This document shows, in pieces, positions 12,815 through 24,812 of a stretch of DNA of 64,000 bases. The translations under genes were made by a program, and so were the position numbers. The notes under the pieces were generated by a model. The model was not told the DNA's origin. It worked only from the letters and a program-made list of their open reading frames with translations, and searched no databases. Source of the DNA: Ophelia neglecta (lineage: Eukaryota). How positions within the stretch are numbered: position 1 is the first letter of the stretch; each line of letters begins with the position of its first letter. The stretch covers positions 97,526,001 to 97,590,000 of the forward strand of contig OZ260662.1 in the NCBI GenBank assembly GCA_965285935.1. Direction: 5' to 3'.

Positions 12815-13990
12815 CATTAGTTAGTCATATGTCAGACAAATTATCAGTCCAATATTTAGTGAGTCTGTCTGACAGTCATCAGTCCAATAGTGAGTCATGT
12901 CAGGCAAGCTGTCAGACCAATAGTTAGCCATTTGTCAGACAAATTATCCGTCCAATAGCGAGCTGTGTCTGACTGTTATCAGTTCATGTCTGACAAATTA
13001 TCAGTTTAATAGCAAGTCATGTCAGACAAGTTATCAGTCCAATAGTTAGTGGTGTCAGAAAATTGTAAGTCCAATAGTTGGTCATGTCTTACTAGTTATG
13101 ATCAGTACACTAGTCAGTTATGTCAATCCAATATTGAGGCTATCTTACAAGTTATCTGACCAATAGTTATTCTTGTCAAACAAGATGTAAGTCTACTAGT
13201 GAGTCAAGCTGACAATACAGCCGTTGATGATACAGCCGTTATTGTTATGCCAGATGTCGATACAAGTGATCTGTACAATAGTAAGCCATGTCGGTAGAAG
13301 TGATCTGTCCAACAGTAAGTCATGCCAGAACAAGTAATCAGCCCATTTAGTTAAAGAAGTCAGTATAATTAATCAGGCTGATAATAAGTAATGTCAAGGA
13401 AACGTCATCAAACTAGTAAATTTAGTCAGTACAAATTTCTAATATAAGTCTAATAGTGAGTCATGACTATAAGAAATCTCTCATGCATGTCATCAACAGC
13501 CACCAGTCCAACATATAATCATGTCAGTACAAACATATGTTATCAAGCCAGTTAAGGTGCTATCTGTTCAGTGTTAAATCATTCCAGTACAATATTTAAT
13601 CAATACAGTATTTGGCCATATCAGTATAATATTCATTCAGTAGAGTACTTATTCACATAAGTACAAAATTTTCATCACATCAATACCATATTTAATCATT
13701 ACCATCTAACAGAATGAGTACAATATTTCATTATGTCACAGCAAGCCGTCCATCCAATATTTAATCATACTGGTAAATATCAAGTCAGTATAAACGCTTG
13801 CCATCAATCCAACATTTAGTAATGTCAGAAGAAATTTTAATCATGTCAGCACAATATTTAGTGCTGCCAGTACAGTATTAATCATGTCTGTCCAATATAC
13901 AATCCAGCCAGTACAATATTTAATCACATCGTTACAAAGCATCAGTCATAATATTTAATCTTGTCACTCCAGTATTTCATTGTGTCAAGC
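12815..13990. repeat. Old degenerate minisatellite (~31-33-bp units grading into ~21-bp units)
   Basis: Recurrent TGTCAGACAAnTTATCAGTCCAATAGTTAGTCA at the left end, and CAGTACAATATTTAATCATGT-like units towards the right end. Confidence 0.8.
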
Positions 13991-16900
13991 CATTGCTAAT
14001 GGCTGGTGGCCTTTCCTGCACCTTGGCTCACTGTGGCAACGTAACCAAACATCCCGGGATTGGTTTACTTATCTCGTCTATATTTTGAAGGCTGGGCCAG
14101 TGTTTTTGTCTTGTCTCCTCATGCTAACCACTAGCTGTAGAGTGGTATTATAGATGGCAAACACCTGAAATGACCTTATCGAGGCTTCGCTGTATTGTGT
14201 GAAGCCGCGCAGAAGACTCGCACAGATAAAATGCCCGTCCCCAAGAGCGATTATCGGAAAAATGGTGAAGGATATATAGATTGAGGGTAGGAAGTCATAC
14301 CTAGATTAAACACAATAACACAGGTATTGATCGGGTCTTGGGCAAGCAGGTTTTCCTGAATGAATCGAGGACGCACAAGGCTTGTTGTGTAATTAATAGC
14401 CACAGAGAACACCAATGCCTCTAGCCACCCAAACCTGCCAATTGATCTACCCTCTGTTGAATATTCTCAGAGGAATCGAAGAAAATTTAGGATTTCTATT
14501 ATAAGCATTGAGTCTGAGAATCAGGAGGTATAATTCGCCGCTGCCCAGTAACATAAAGAAGACATGCCCTGGACGGTGGTATTGGCACAGCAATTGATAC
14601 GCATTTTGAATGGACCAGACGCCTGTTGCATCGGGGCCGGTCAGTATGCGCAACTGGTTATCACCAAATTGACCGTCTTTGGTGTGTTTGGCATTTGGAG
14701 CAGGGCATCTTTTGTCTGGGCTGGCAGCAAGCAAAATGAATGTGTGACTAACTCAATGGCAGTAGCGGACAAAAGCTGACTGCACAGTGTGCTAGATGAA
14801 CTGATATCGCCCATTGACTCACATACATGTACGCTGATCTAACAGGCTAAAGCAGGGATACACAGCTAAATATTATGTTTAATATGGTAATTGGTCAGTT
14901 CGGAGTTTGTTTGATGGTCATAATGGCAAGTCAGGTGCACAAAGGAAGATTACTCAGCCCCATTTGCATATTAATAACCATATTAATAACGGCAATGCCG
15001 GTAGGATAAACATGGATACCGTGCCAGACAATTAGCTCCAATCATTTTAATTTAATAACCATTGGCAAGCGTTAAAGCATCCTGCCAGCTTCAAGCATGC
15101 GCCAGCTTTAAGCATGCATGCGGGCACTGTCAGCTCCGTGGCAAATAATGGCTTTAAATCATCAACAGAGTGACAACTACTGGCTGAGGTGGCTAGCGTC
15201 CACATCAAAGAGGGGATGTCCGAGGGGTTATTGAGTCAGATACAGGCATTGTTTCACATTCAATCTGAAATGATTAGTTTGGCATTTGTTGGTCACTTTC
15301 TCATTATACAGTGGGCCATCATTGCATGTTCACATTATGAGTCTGTGACGTTTTTGGGTGGCTTTACTGGATGTTCAGTGTGCACCATAGTTTTCTGGTA
15401 TTGTCCTATATCCAGAGCAGAGAGGCTGTTTATTACTGTTCTTACTAAGGTATATTACATACTAAACTGATGTATTATGGGATAGAAGGCAGTTTCTAGT
15501 CAGGACTATTAAAGTGATGTATTCCCCCCTAGTGGTAACCTATACATACAACACAAAGGCCCCTTTTCCATATACCTGTCTAGTGGCTTCCCTAGGCCTT
15601 CCTGGCTATGGATTTACAACCCCCTACTGCCAGCTCACCCCTGTGCTAGACCGTCTGCAGAGCATCAGGCAGGGGACTGAGATACCTCCAGCGGCATACC
15701 TGGCTTCAGTTTTTTAAAGTTTAGCACAACCTCCAAAGTTAGCACCTTTTTATTTCCTATCCTTCCTCTTAGCAGACGACACTGACGGGATACCTCCCAG
15801 GCAGTTTTATATTGTATTAAGAGCAGGTCATCGAGCCCAAGGTCAATATCTCAAGGGCTTGAATTTTATGGCTTATTGTTGTTTTTATGTAGACTCATCC
15901 ATATAGTTTGGCATATGTTAAGCTCAGTTATTTCCACACAGAAGGATTACCAGAATTCAGCCAGACTAGGTAGTAATATATACCCATTCTTTATCTGCCT
16001 GGGACCATACACTACACTGATATCAAACTGGTAGTTTGATTATACAGTTGATAATATTATAATGTCTGTTCTGATATTGTGGATGGTGAATAATGTGCCC
16101 AGCTGGTGTCTGACATGATCCATAATTCATGAAAAAATGGATCATGCAGTCTCATCGTATTGTTCATTTTAATTGGTTGATTTATACCAGATAGATCCGT
16201 TTGTTCACTTAATAGGCATATTTAATTGTCAAACCAACAAAGAAACATTCGATAAATAGATGTAGTATAGAGGAAGTAGTTATTGCGATATATGGCAGTT
16301 GAAATTAAGTGAAAGAATTACATGTGAACGAGGAACAAAATAAGGTGATTATAATGTAATTATTAGAGGTCGAACCTTGAAATTCCGAAAAAAAAAAGAA
16401 AAAAGTAGCTCAGATCAAATCTTGTACACAAAGTACATGTAATTACTATTTGGGAAAGTAATTTTATTGATCTAAATATTCATCTGCTTAATTTGACCCG
16501 AGAGGATGATTAGTTTGGCTTAAAATCTACTTCATTTTCTTTTCCTGAACCAGTAGTGTTTTCAGTGCAAACAGGTGCAAACGGCAGAGATGATTGTGAC
16601 ATAGATATACAGCCTCTCCATTTTGTATGGATCTCAGCCTTCCTGCCCACTTTCTCAAGCAGGTTGTTTATATTGGCCAAATTCTTTGCACCTGTTTCTT
16701 TGACAAAGTGTAATTTAGATATTTTGGCAGATACTGTTGATTTCCCAAGTTTTTGTGAGTGTTCACCTTGTTATGAGTCATTCTATCAGCATGTCTTTTG
16801 GTAATGTACATGTACATGTGGATGCTGGGTAGATTTTATTAGAAAAGAGGTGAGAAAGAATTGTATAGACCAAGCCCTGTCATGCGTGGCAGCGCCCATT

Positions 16901-19433
16901 GCAGCTTTTATCCCCGGAGTGTAACCCGAACACAAAGTTCACGGCTGATTTATGCATGCTGTTACCCTGTTCTGTGTAAGTGATAGTAGCTGAGTCGTGT
17001 AAGCAGCTTAATCACCTAAAATGACTAAGATGCTAGTAGCAGGTACTGCCTTGCCGGCATGGCCTGCAGTCAGATGCAATGCATGACAGATTGAACAAAC
17101 CCTAAGATTGCATTGCCAAATAGGTGTGTGCACACGAGCGTGCCCGTCTGCCGATGGCCGTGCCTCTACCTGTCCTTTGATAGGACAGTCCTAGGCCCAA
17201 ACCATTTACAGTCGCTTGTGAAAAATATCCTCTCTTCCCTCTCAGCAATGTGTGCACACGCTTTTATCAGCCGTAAATGAATTAAGTCGAGAACGTGTCA
17301 GGAATGTTTACCTCTATTAAGGGTGTACACGGGACATGGCAGAGCCTTAAAAAGCAGTGAATGTAGCTACCACCGCTCTTAGCAAACACTACCCAGTGTG
17401 AACAGTTGTGTGCAGTGATAAGCCTAGCAGGATAGTATATCTTACTTAAAGGCGCTGCACACGCCTGTCAACAGGAGTACACACTTTCTGTCTGCAAATT
17501 TCAAAGTCCAATTCATAGGCAAGAGGAGAATGGTAAGGCTTACATCACTGAGTGGAGTCTCGTTCAGGCCTTGTTAACATAGATAAGCCAAGAGGATTTT
17601 TGTGTACATATACAGCGTAGGGTACATCACCGCTGCACTGTTTGAATAATTTCCACGCAATACTTGAAAAGAGGATATGCACATAGTGTTCACAATGAAA
17701 ACGAGGAAGTTTCTAGTGTAATCCAAGTAGCGATGTTTTAGGTATCACATGGTTTGTGAGATATAGCGTCGGCGTTTTTTACCAGGAGACTCGGGATACT
17801 TCGCTGTTCACTTTGGCATTTCCCAACTGCAGGCCGGTAGACACTTGTACAACAGCTCCTCTGAACACGAAAGTGCCTGCACCATGTTAAATCTGCCTTC
17901 TAGACCAATTTCATTGAGAATAAGACAGAAGCTTATTCAAATTTAGGGGATAAGTGAAGTATACTGGTATTAACCGGAGGACTGAACTGGAGAGTGTAAG
18001 ATTGATCTAGCAGTTTGTACCTGACAAAGTAAGTTATTCCTGCAGCCATGTGTTGTTTGCTCTGTATTGTATTTTTGTCTGTCACGTATACACTACCGCA
18101 GTATGGTGATATGGTGATATATGGATGGGATGGTGTCTTCCGCCGTAGTTAAAGGTCAAGCTGGGGTTATTAGTAACAAAAGTACTGACTCTAATTGGAA
18201 GAAAACTAGAGCTTTGTATTTATGTTCTACTGAATAATTAATCAAGACCTGATATATTTGTTCAGTCTGTGTCTGTTATATTACATGTACACCAGTGTAC
18301 ATGTAGGTATCTTGTGTCTGACGTAGTTTTGCAGACTGGCTATTCATTTTATTTTTCAATATGGTCCCATACTGAATGCAGTCTATGGAATCTATACATG
18401 TACATTTTACTTGTGTGTACATATTATCTGGGTAGGTTTCAGTCTGTGGGAAAGTACTAGCTGAGCTCAATGAATATTTAATCATTTGTCTGGTGGCTTC
18501 AAGGTTAGGCTCAAAGGCACTGTGAACAACTATTTTTTTTATTCATACACTCTTTTTTTCGACCCAAATTCTTTATGTGGCTTCTTTACCGACTGCGACC
18601 TGTTCTCACACAGTTTGGTTTGTGCGAAAACATTGTGGCAGTGACTTAAAAACCAGACCATTATGGCTTTTTTTTTTGCAGCACAGTCAACAGTAGAATT
18701 CAAGTTTAGGCGGAGAGCAAAGTTTGGTTGTTGGCTTGGCTGTTATGAAGGGGTGCATGAAGTCACTATAAATGAGGCTCTTTTCAGTGATAGGCAAGTT
18801 TTCATATTAGACAGTGTGAATAGGTTTGATGGTTTGTGGAATTGGCAATTTTTTTGTGGGTAATGTCTACGTACTTCATAATTTAAACACAGTGTTTTAT
18901 GGGCAAATAATGGCCAATTTAGCTTGGTAATGATAGTTGGCGGGCTTAAAAAGAAGTTATGGAGTGATTCAGTCCACAAACTTCAATTGGTTTGATAAGC
19001 AATTCCATCATGGCTGCGCCCTCAAATCAAAGGACTTCTCAGAATTGTTTGCACCCTATCGCACGCTCTTATTGCATTTGTACTGTGGGAAGCGTGGTTA
19101 TGATGTCATTGGTGTTTTTTAGGATAGTTGCCAGGTTTTTTTATTGGTTCGGCTGGAGTTAGTTTTCCTCCATATGTGGTCATTACATGTGTTCAGATAT
19201 TCTACACATGCATGGGGCACATGAAACCTGAAAAGTACAGTTTACTAGATGGATTTAAGACCAAGACTGATTTACTTTTGATAATGTATAGAAATACTGG
19301 CATACTCTAACTTTAATTAAGTTTCTGTGTCAGTTTGGAGGGTCTGAATATTGCTCTGATTCCAGTTGTTCAATTCAATAATTCAATTCATAAATAGCAC
19401 ATGCATATACTATCATAATGATTAATAATAATA

Positions 19434-19611
19434 CAGTGAAACCTGCCTAAAAGGCCACCTCTATAATCAGACCACCTGTACAATCAGACCACTAAAATGA
19501 AGATCATGCTGTATACTTTCAGTGTTAAATAACCTGTCTAAACAGACCACCCTGAAAATCAGACCAGTATTTTTCAGTCCCTTTGGTGGTCTTAATTCAC
19601 AGGTTTCACTG
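19434..19611 (+). mobile_element. MITE family A (Tc1/mariner-type)
   Basis: TA|CAGTGAAACCTG...CAGGTTTCACTG|TA, 178 bp, with internal (A/G)GACCAC sub-repeats. Strand is assigned arbitrarily as the reference orientation. Confidence 0.93.
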
Positions 19612-20162
19612 TAGATAATCAGAACCTAATGATATCTGATCAAAATTTTAACATTATCTAGGTATCGAGATATTGGATTATAACACTGTACCAAAGAGAG
19701 AACTAGTGGTTTTCTGGTGTTCTATTTGGTTATAGTATAGCTAGGTGCTTTGTTTGCAGACTTTCGGTTGTTAATAACTAGCCACTCACACTTCCAATAC
19801 TGTATTTCTCATTCTGGCCACAATCATTTGAAAACATTGATAAGCCTGGATGGTGTTTGGGGTGTCGGGAGACCCAGGGATTAATAAAGCCGTATCCCTG
19901 TATGGTATGGACAGTGTTGACACAGCCCCATTGCTCTGTCTGTGACCGTGATAATGTAGTTTGACCCTGGCTTTGTAGTGGGTTCATAGCCGGGTCTGTT
20001 CTAGGGTCATCTACGGGACACTTGGCTGATCTTGTAAAGCCTACGTACAGGCTAGGTGATACAGGCTAGGTGACAGGCCAGATCCAGCCCAGAGTGAGGA
20101 GGACAACTGTACAAGTACGGATTGGGTAAGGTGACTACATAATGGGGTCTTATCTTAGGCTC

Positions 20163-20211
20163 TGATGATGATGATGATGATGCTGATGATGATGATGATG
20201 ATGATGATGCT
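20163..20211. repeat. (TGA)n microsatellite with TGC interruptions
   Basis: Read directly; it accounts for the poly-His stretch in the ORF on the - strand. Confidence 0.95.
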
Positions 20212-22537
20212 GGTGAATCCAACTTGTCATATCTGCTATCAGTGAAACAAAGGTTTTGTCCTTGTAAATGTGCCCTTTGTGATATACATGTATGATGTAA
20301 TCATGTAACAGCAACTTGTGGCATGCATATTGCTGGACAAAGTTGGATAATAATATTTGCACTCTTGATAATAAAAGTTAATTTGTCTCAGTCCAGATCC
20401 TGTGTGAGACGTGCTGTACCTAGTTGTTAAGTAGTTAGGACTAATTATAGCCCTTGTATGTGAATTCTTTGAGGAGAAGGCTGTGGTTGTGGTGCTTCAT
20501 TGATTGTTGTGTGTGTGGATCGGATGTAAGCTTCACCTCCCACCACTGATTGACCATGACGGTGTGGATCCACCCCAGGGGCACTGACCCTCAGCATGAC
20601 CCCCACACTGAAAATATGCATTTAATATCACTCTTTGTTAGTGCTGACTAGGTCCTATATTATTACTGACATTCACTGGGGAGTTTTAGGTCACTGTTCA
20701 TGTAGCAATTTATACCTGGATACTTGGACTGCATGTAGCAGGAGTGTGTATTATAAATCTTATGCCTTGGATTGAAGTGAACTTACTTTCACTTTGCTGC
20801 TGTGTAGTACATGTCATGGTGTGTTAGGCTGACCTGGTATTGATGAGAAGTGATGTAGTGCAGGGCTGGTTTACGGTGTAGTGCAGCCTGCTGGTTACAT
20901 AGACATCTAGGGTAAGCTATGTACAGGAGATGAATACCTGGTAGTGTGTGAGCAGGGATTTCAAACGGATTAGAATTGATAGCATATCTTATTAGTGTTA
21001 CTCATCGCAAAATAATTGGGTGTTTGGAAAACTGCATCAAAGCGTAAAGTGTATTGTAGAGGATGTCATACTGCGGAGAATAGTTATTCATTTGATTGTA
21101 TTTGTAGAGGACAGCTGTCGCTGTCTTTAATGTCTCCGTGCAAATCCAATCAGTTAGCTGACTGTCATTTGTCAGTGAGCCGGGGCTGGCTGTAAGAGGA
21201 GCCATGACAGTCTATCAGACGGCCATGGCTGGCAACGGACTTTCTAAATATGAAATAAAACAGCTGTAGTGTTCATTGTATTGTGATGGCAATGGCTATT
21301 TAATATGAACCAGCCACGTTTAAGTAGATCTCTTACAGTTGTCTAGCCTCCTCGATTTGGAGTTTTGCATCAGTGTAAGTACTTGGCTTTAATGCCATTA
21401 AATTTGCCGGTTGCAGGGCCAGTTGGCCTTGAGAACAGTCATTAAAACTGCACTGTGTACACTGACAGGGTTAAGTGTGAAACCTGGGAGTACAATTCAG
21501 TACATTACCCTGATGTGGCCTGTCCAGTAGCAGTATCTCCAATGAGTACCAGGGAAAGAGAATCTGAATGTTTATAGCCACCCAGACCCTGTGTACCTGG
21601 TGAAAAGTGTGGAAATCTGAGCCACTGGCAGATTTATCTTAAATTTCAAAAGAAGTGTCAGATATCAGGCTATGGGCAAATTTGTTGGCCCATGAAAATA
21701 CAAGTTATTGCCTGCGTTAGATAAATTAGGTACATAATAACTTTATTTTAATAATTATGTGAATTATGTGTATAAATTATATTTATTTATAGTTATAATA
21801 GTACGATTGTTTCTTACATGTAGAAAGAACGTGACATTATCCTTTGATGTGTGAGGTGTTTTGATGGATGCATTTTACATTATAGCAAAACATAACCCTC
21901 AACAGTTTCTTTTATGGAGGGAAGACGGGATGTGTCTTGCTGAGGTATTGTCCCAGACGGTTTTGTCCCGCAGCGCGACAGAGCCGCTCCATGGCTGTAG
22001 ATATTCTCTATAGCGAGCCACAAAGGCATCAGGCGGTGTTGATAGGAGTGGTTTCTACACATCAGCACCCCATTGTCACTTTCTATTAATCTTCCATTAC
22101 TTCGCTTCAACACTTCTAGCCGGAGCTACCAATTTAGTGGTGGTTTTAGTCAGTTTTTTGTGGTAGCATCCTCATGACAGGGTGCCTGATGGTGAGGTGG
22201 GAGAAGGCTGTACTGTGGCAGGAGAGCATAGCCAATACCTCTGTAATGTGCCAGAGAAAGGACACGGGCTTAGCCAGCAATCAATAGTTAAGAGGCCGTG
22301 TGATGTGATCTATGGGGTCTGCGATTAGCCTTCTTCAGCACGCAGCGATGTCTGTGAGGCTAAATCCAGTTAACGTATACCTCCCACTGACCCTCCGCTC
22401 AGCCACGCAATCTAATTAGCCCCAATTAAATCGCTCATCTTTCTGAATTATTTGCAGTACATGTTGAATCTGTGAAAGGAGAGTACAGACAGAATACTGT
22501 GCCTAGTGGCTTTCCATGATCAACTCAGTATTTGAGT

Positions 22538-22640
22538 GATTGGGATATGGTGGAGTGGCCGATTGGGACTTATTGGGGATTTTGCCCCGATTGGGATATA
22601 GTGAATTGGGCCCAAATTGGGATGTGGTGGATTGGGTCCT
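22538..22640. repeat. Degenerate ATTGGG-rich short repeat
   Basis: About seven ATTGGG motifs in ~100 bp. Confidence 0.6.
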
Positions 22641-24136
22641 GCTCGGTGAGGGGCTGAAGGTTTGGAGTCTGGCTGTGACTCAGTCTGTGAACGTATCCAT
22701 GCCTCCTTCTGTGTGTACAATCACCGGGTTGACATAAGGCCTAAAGGCAGTCTTCAAGCCATACTATTGTATCTTTGTAAATTCTTCCTGCTTGAATCCT
22801 AACTTTCAAATTCAGCAGGCCACTTTCAAATTCAGCAGGGCCTGAAAATTTGACACAAAAATGTGCAGCTAAAATGTATTGGCCCGCTCGGCTGGGAAGG
22901 TAGAATTCTAATAGGCCCGTCGCTAAAGTGATAGGCCTGGGCTTTTGGGCCCATGCTTATTTCTTTCCCTCTTTAAGGTTAAAAAAGATTGGCCAGTTCT
23001 CTGAAAATGATGAGGCTTCTTGTTGGCTGCTAAATATTTTTGTGGTGATACGTTAGTTCTTTTGTTTAGTTGCTTTCTTTCCTTCCTAAGGAAGTGCTTG
23101 ACTCACATTGAGTAATCCAACACATTTCAGGGCAGAATGTGCACAGGTTGTTAGTGCAAGTGAGTGCAAAGAATGAGCCATTTGCCAAGGATGCCACTTT
23201 ACATAGTATATCTACCATGAAAAATTCCTTGTCTACTGCCATTTGGAAAACCATTTGTGTATGACCTTGAGGGATTCTTGGTAGGCATAAAGATGGGTGG
23301 CATTCTTTTCCACACAAGCCAATAAACTGATTAACCCTCAATCGATAGGAGCCGTTTCAAATGCTGCTGATACCCAGTGATTGAAATTAGCAGATTTAGG
23401 GTTTTTCCTGTCTGGGTTGAAGAGGGATTACTATTTTATCCTGTCAGTTGACAACCTGAGCATACATTGTATCTATTTATCGCTACTTTCCGAGTCAGAT
23501 TTTCCAATGTGCTGAATTATATTAAGCTAGTGGAATCTCTAAATGAATTTGGCTTTGGCTGTAAATATCTGCTGAAGCTTTTAAGCCAGGACTGAAGTGG
23601 TGTTGGGTGGTGAATCTGGGGGGTGATTTTGGAATGTTTGGGGTGGAGATCAACAGGCGTTGTCGTCTGCTCCCTTACAGTTGCTTGGTAACCCTATAGT
23701 TCCAGCCCCAATGACAGGTTGATGGTAATTTGCTAGCGACAACCCATCCTTTTCTGGCTGGGTCATATGAACAGTGATTCTAAGGGACCTTGAATACCAT
23801 GTATTGTGTTTTATGTGTGCACAAGGCACAACCCACCTCTTAATGTGGGTCGTAATAGTACCTGTCTGCACGGAAAACGACCCACGTGTCCCACCTGGTT
23901 ACACCTGGGACTGGAGAGTTAACCAGTACATACATGAAACTCACTCATATGGAAGACTTTTTAACCGTTTTTTAGCCCGGATAATTATAAAATGTCAAAT
24001 GTAACTTACCACATCGGCTATAATTGCAGTTTAGTTAATAATTGATGTGATTAATGATGTTTCCTAATTGCATGTCATGTCAACTTGGTTAGATGTTTGA
24101 ATAATGGTAATAAACATGTATTTTTTCTCATTTCAG

Positions 24137-24812
24137 GTTCAGCCTTTTGAGGATAGACTCGTACCAAGTTCTATGATTCCATGCCAGTCGCCAAATCCTG
24201 AATAAAGTATCACATAGGTCAATTTTTTGTATCTAAAAACTGACAAAAGTACAAAAAAACAACATATATTTTTATACGTCCTGGGTCTTTAATGCCCAAT
24301 TGATTTTATCTTTGGTTTGCATTTCAATTTTTATCCTGCGAGTCTTTCAGTAGTAGTTTTGTATACTTTCTGACATACAAAACTGATTTATTAGCGCCAC
24401 TGTGAATTCACGAGAGTGACTTTTATGAACATTGAACACTATAGTAAGTAGCATATGAACTGACTTGCCTCGCACCCCGAGAAACGAACAGGAACTAGAA
24501 ATCCTGCTCGCCCACCAATCAGACTGCTAGAATTCATCACCGTGACGACAGTCACCATAGAAACCAATAAGCATCGTCCAGGTATCCATATTTAGTATGG
24601 CCATGGTCAACCCTATGAACAGTGCTGCCGTCATCAACCCCGCCATGTTTAACCCCAACGGGAAGGACTCGCGCTGGCTGACATTGGAGGTGTGCCGTGA
24701 ATACACCCGCCAGAAATGTACCCGCACCGACACCGAGTGCAAGTTTGCACATCCCCCTCCCCACGTGGAGGTACAGAACGGACGTGTGACATGCTGCTTC
24801 GACTCGATAAAG
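24137..24812 (+). other. mbl: Full mbl start-codon exon (676 nt: 460 nt 5'UTR + 216 nt CDS)
   Basis: Strong acceptor tattttttctcatttcag|G at 24136/24137 with about 40 AG-free nt upstream, and a donor at 24812/24813. A large UTR-plus-ATG exon matches the known structure of fly mbl and vertebrate MBNL1. The 5' boundary is predicted and has no transcript support. Confidence 0.75.
24597..24812 (+). CDS. mbl: Muscleblind/MBNL first coding exon (partial CDS, 72 codons; CCCH ZnF1 and start of ZnF2)
   Basis: The translation MAMVNP...[50 protein letters not shown] has the muscleblind WLxLEVCRE motif, C-x7-C-x6-C-x3-H spacing and the NGRVxxCFDS linker. The ATG has good context (agtATGG). Similarity ends exactly at a phase-0 donor, AAG|GTCAGC (24812/24813), the position of the conserved Mbl/MBNL intron after ...DS(I/L)K. 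Confidence 0.97.

Noticed and set aside
20150-20362. Poly-His ORF
   Set aside because: Produced by the (TGA)n microsatellite.
22790-22970. GGCCC-rich segment resembling one end of a decayed MITE
   Set aside because: No matching second terminus or TSD found.
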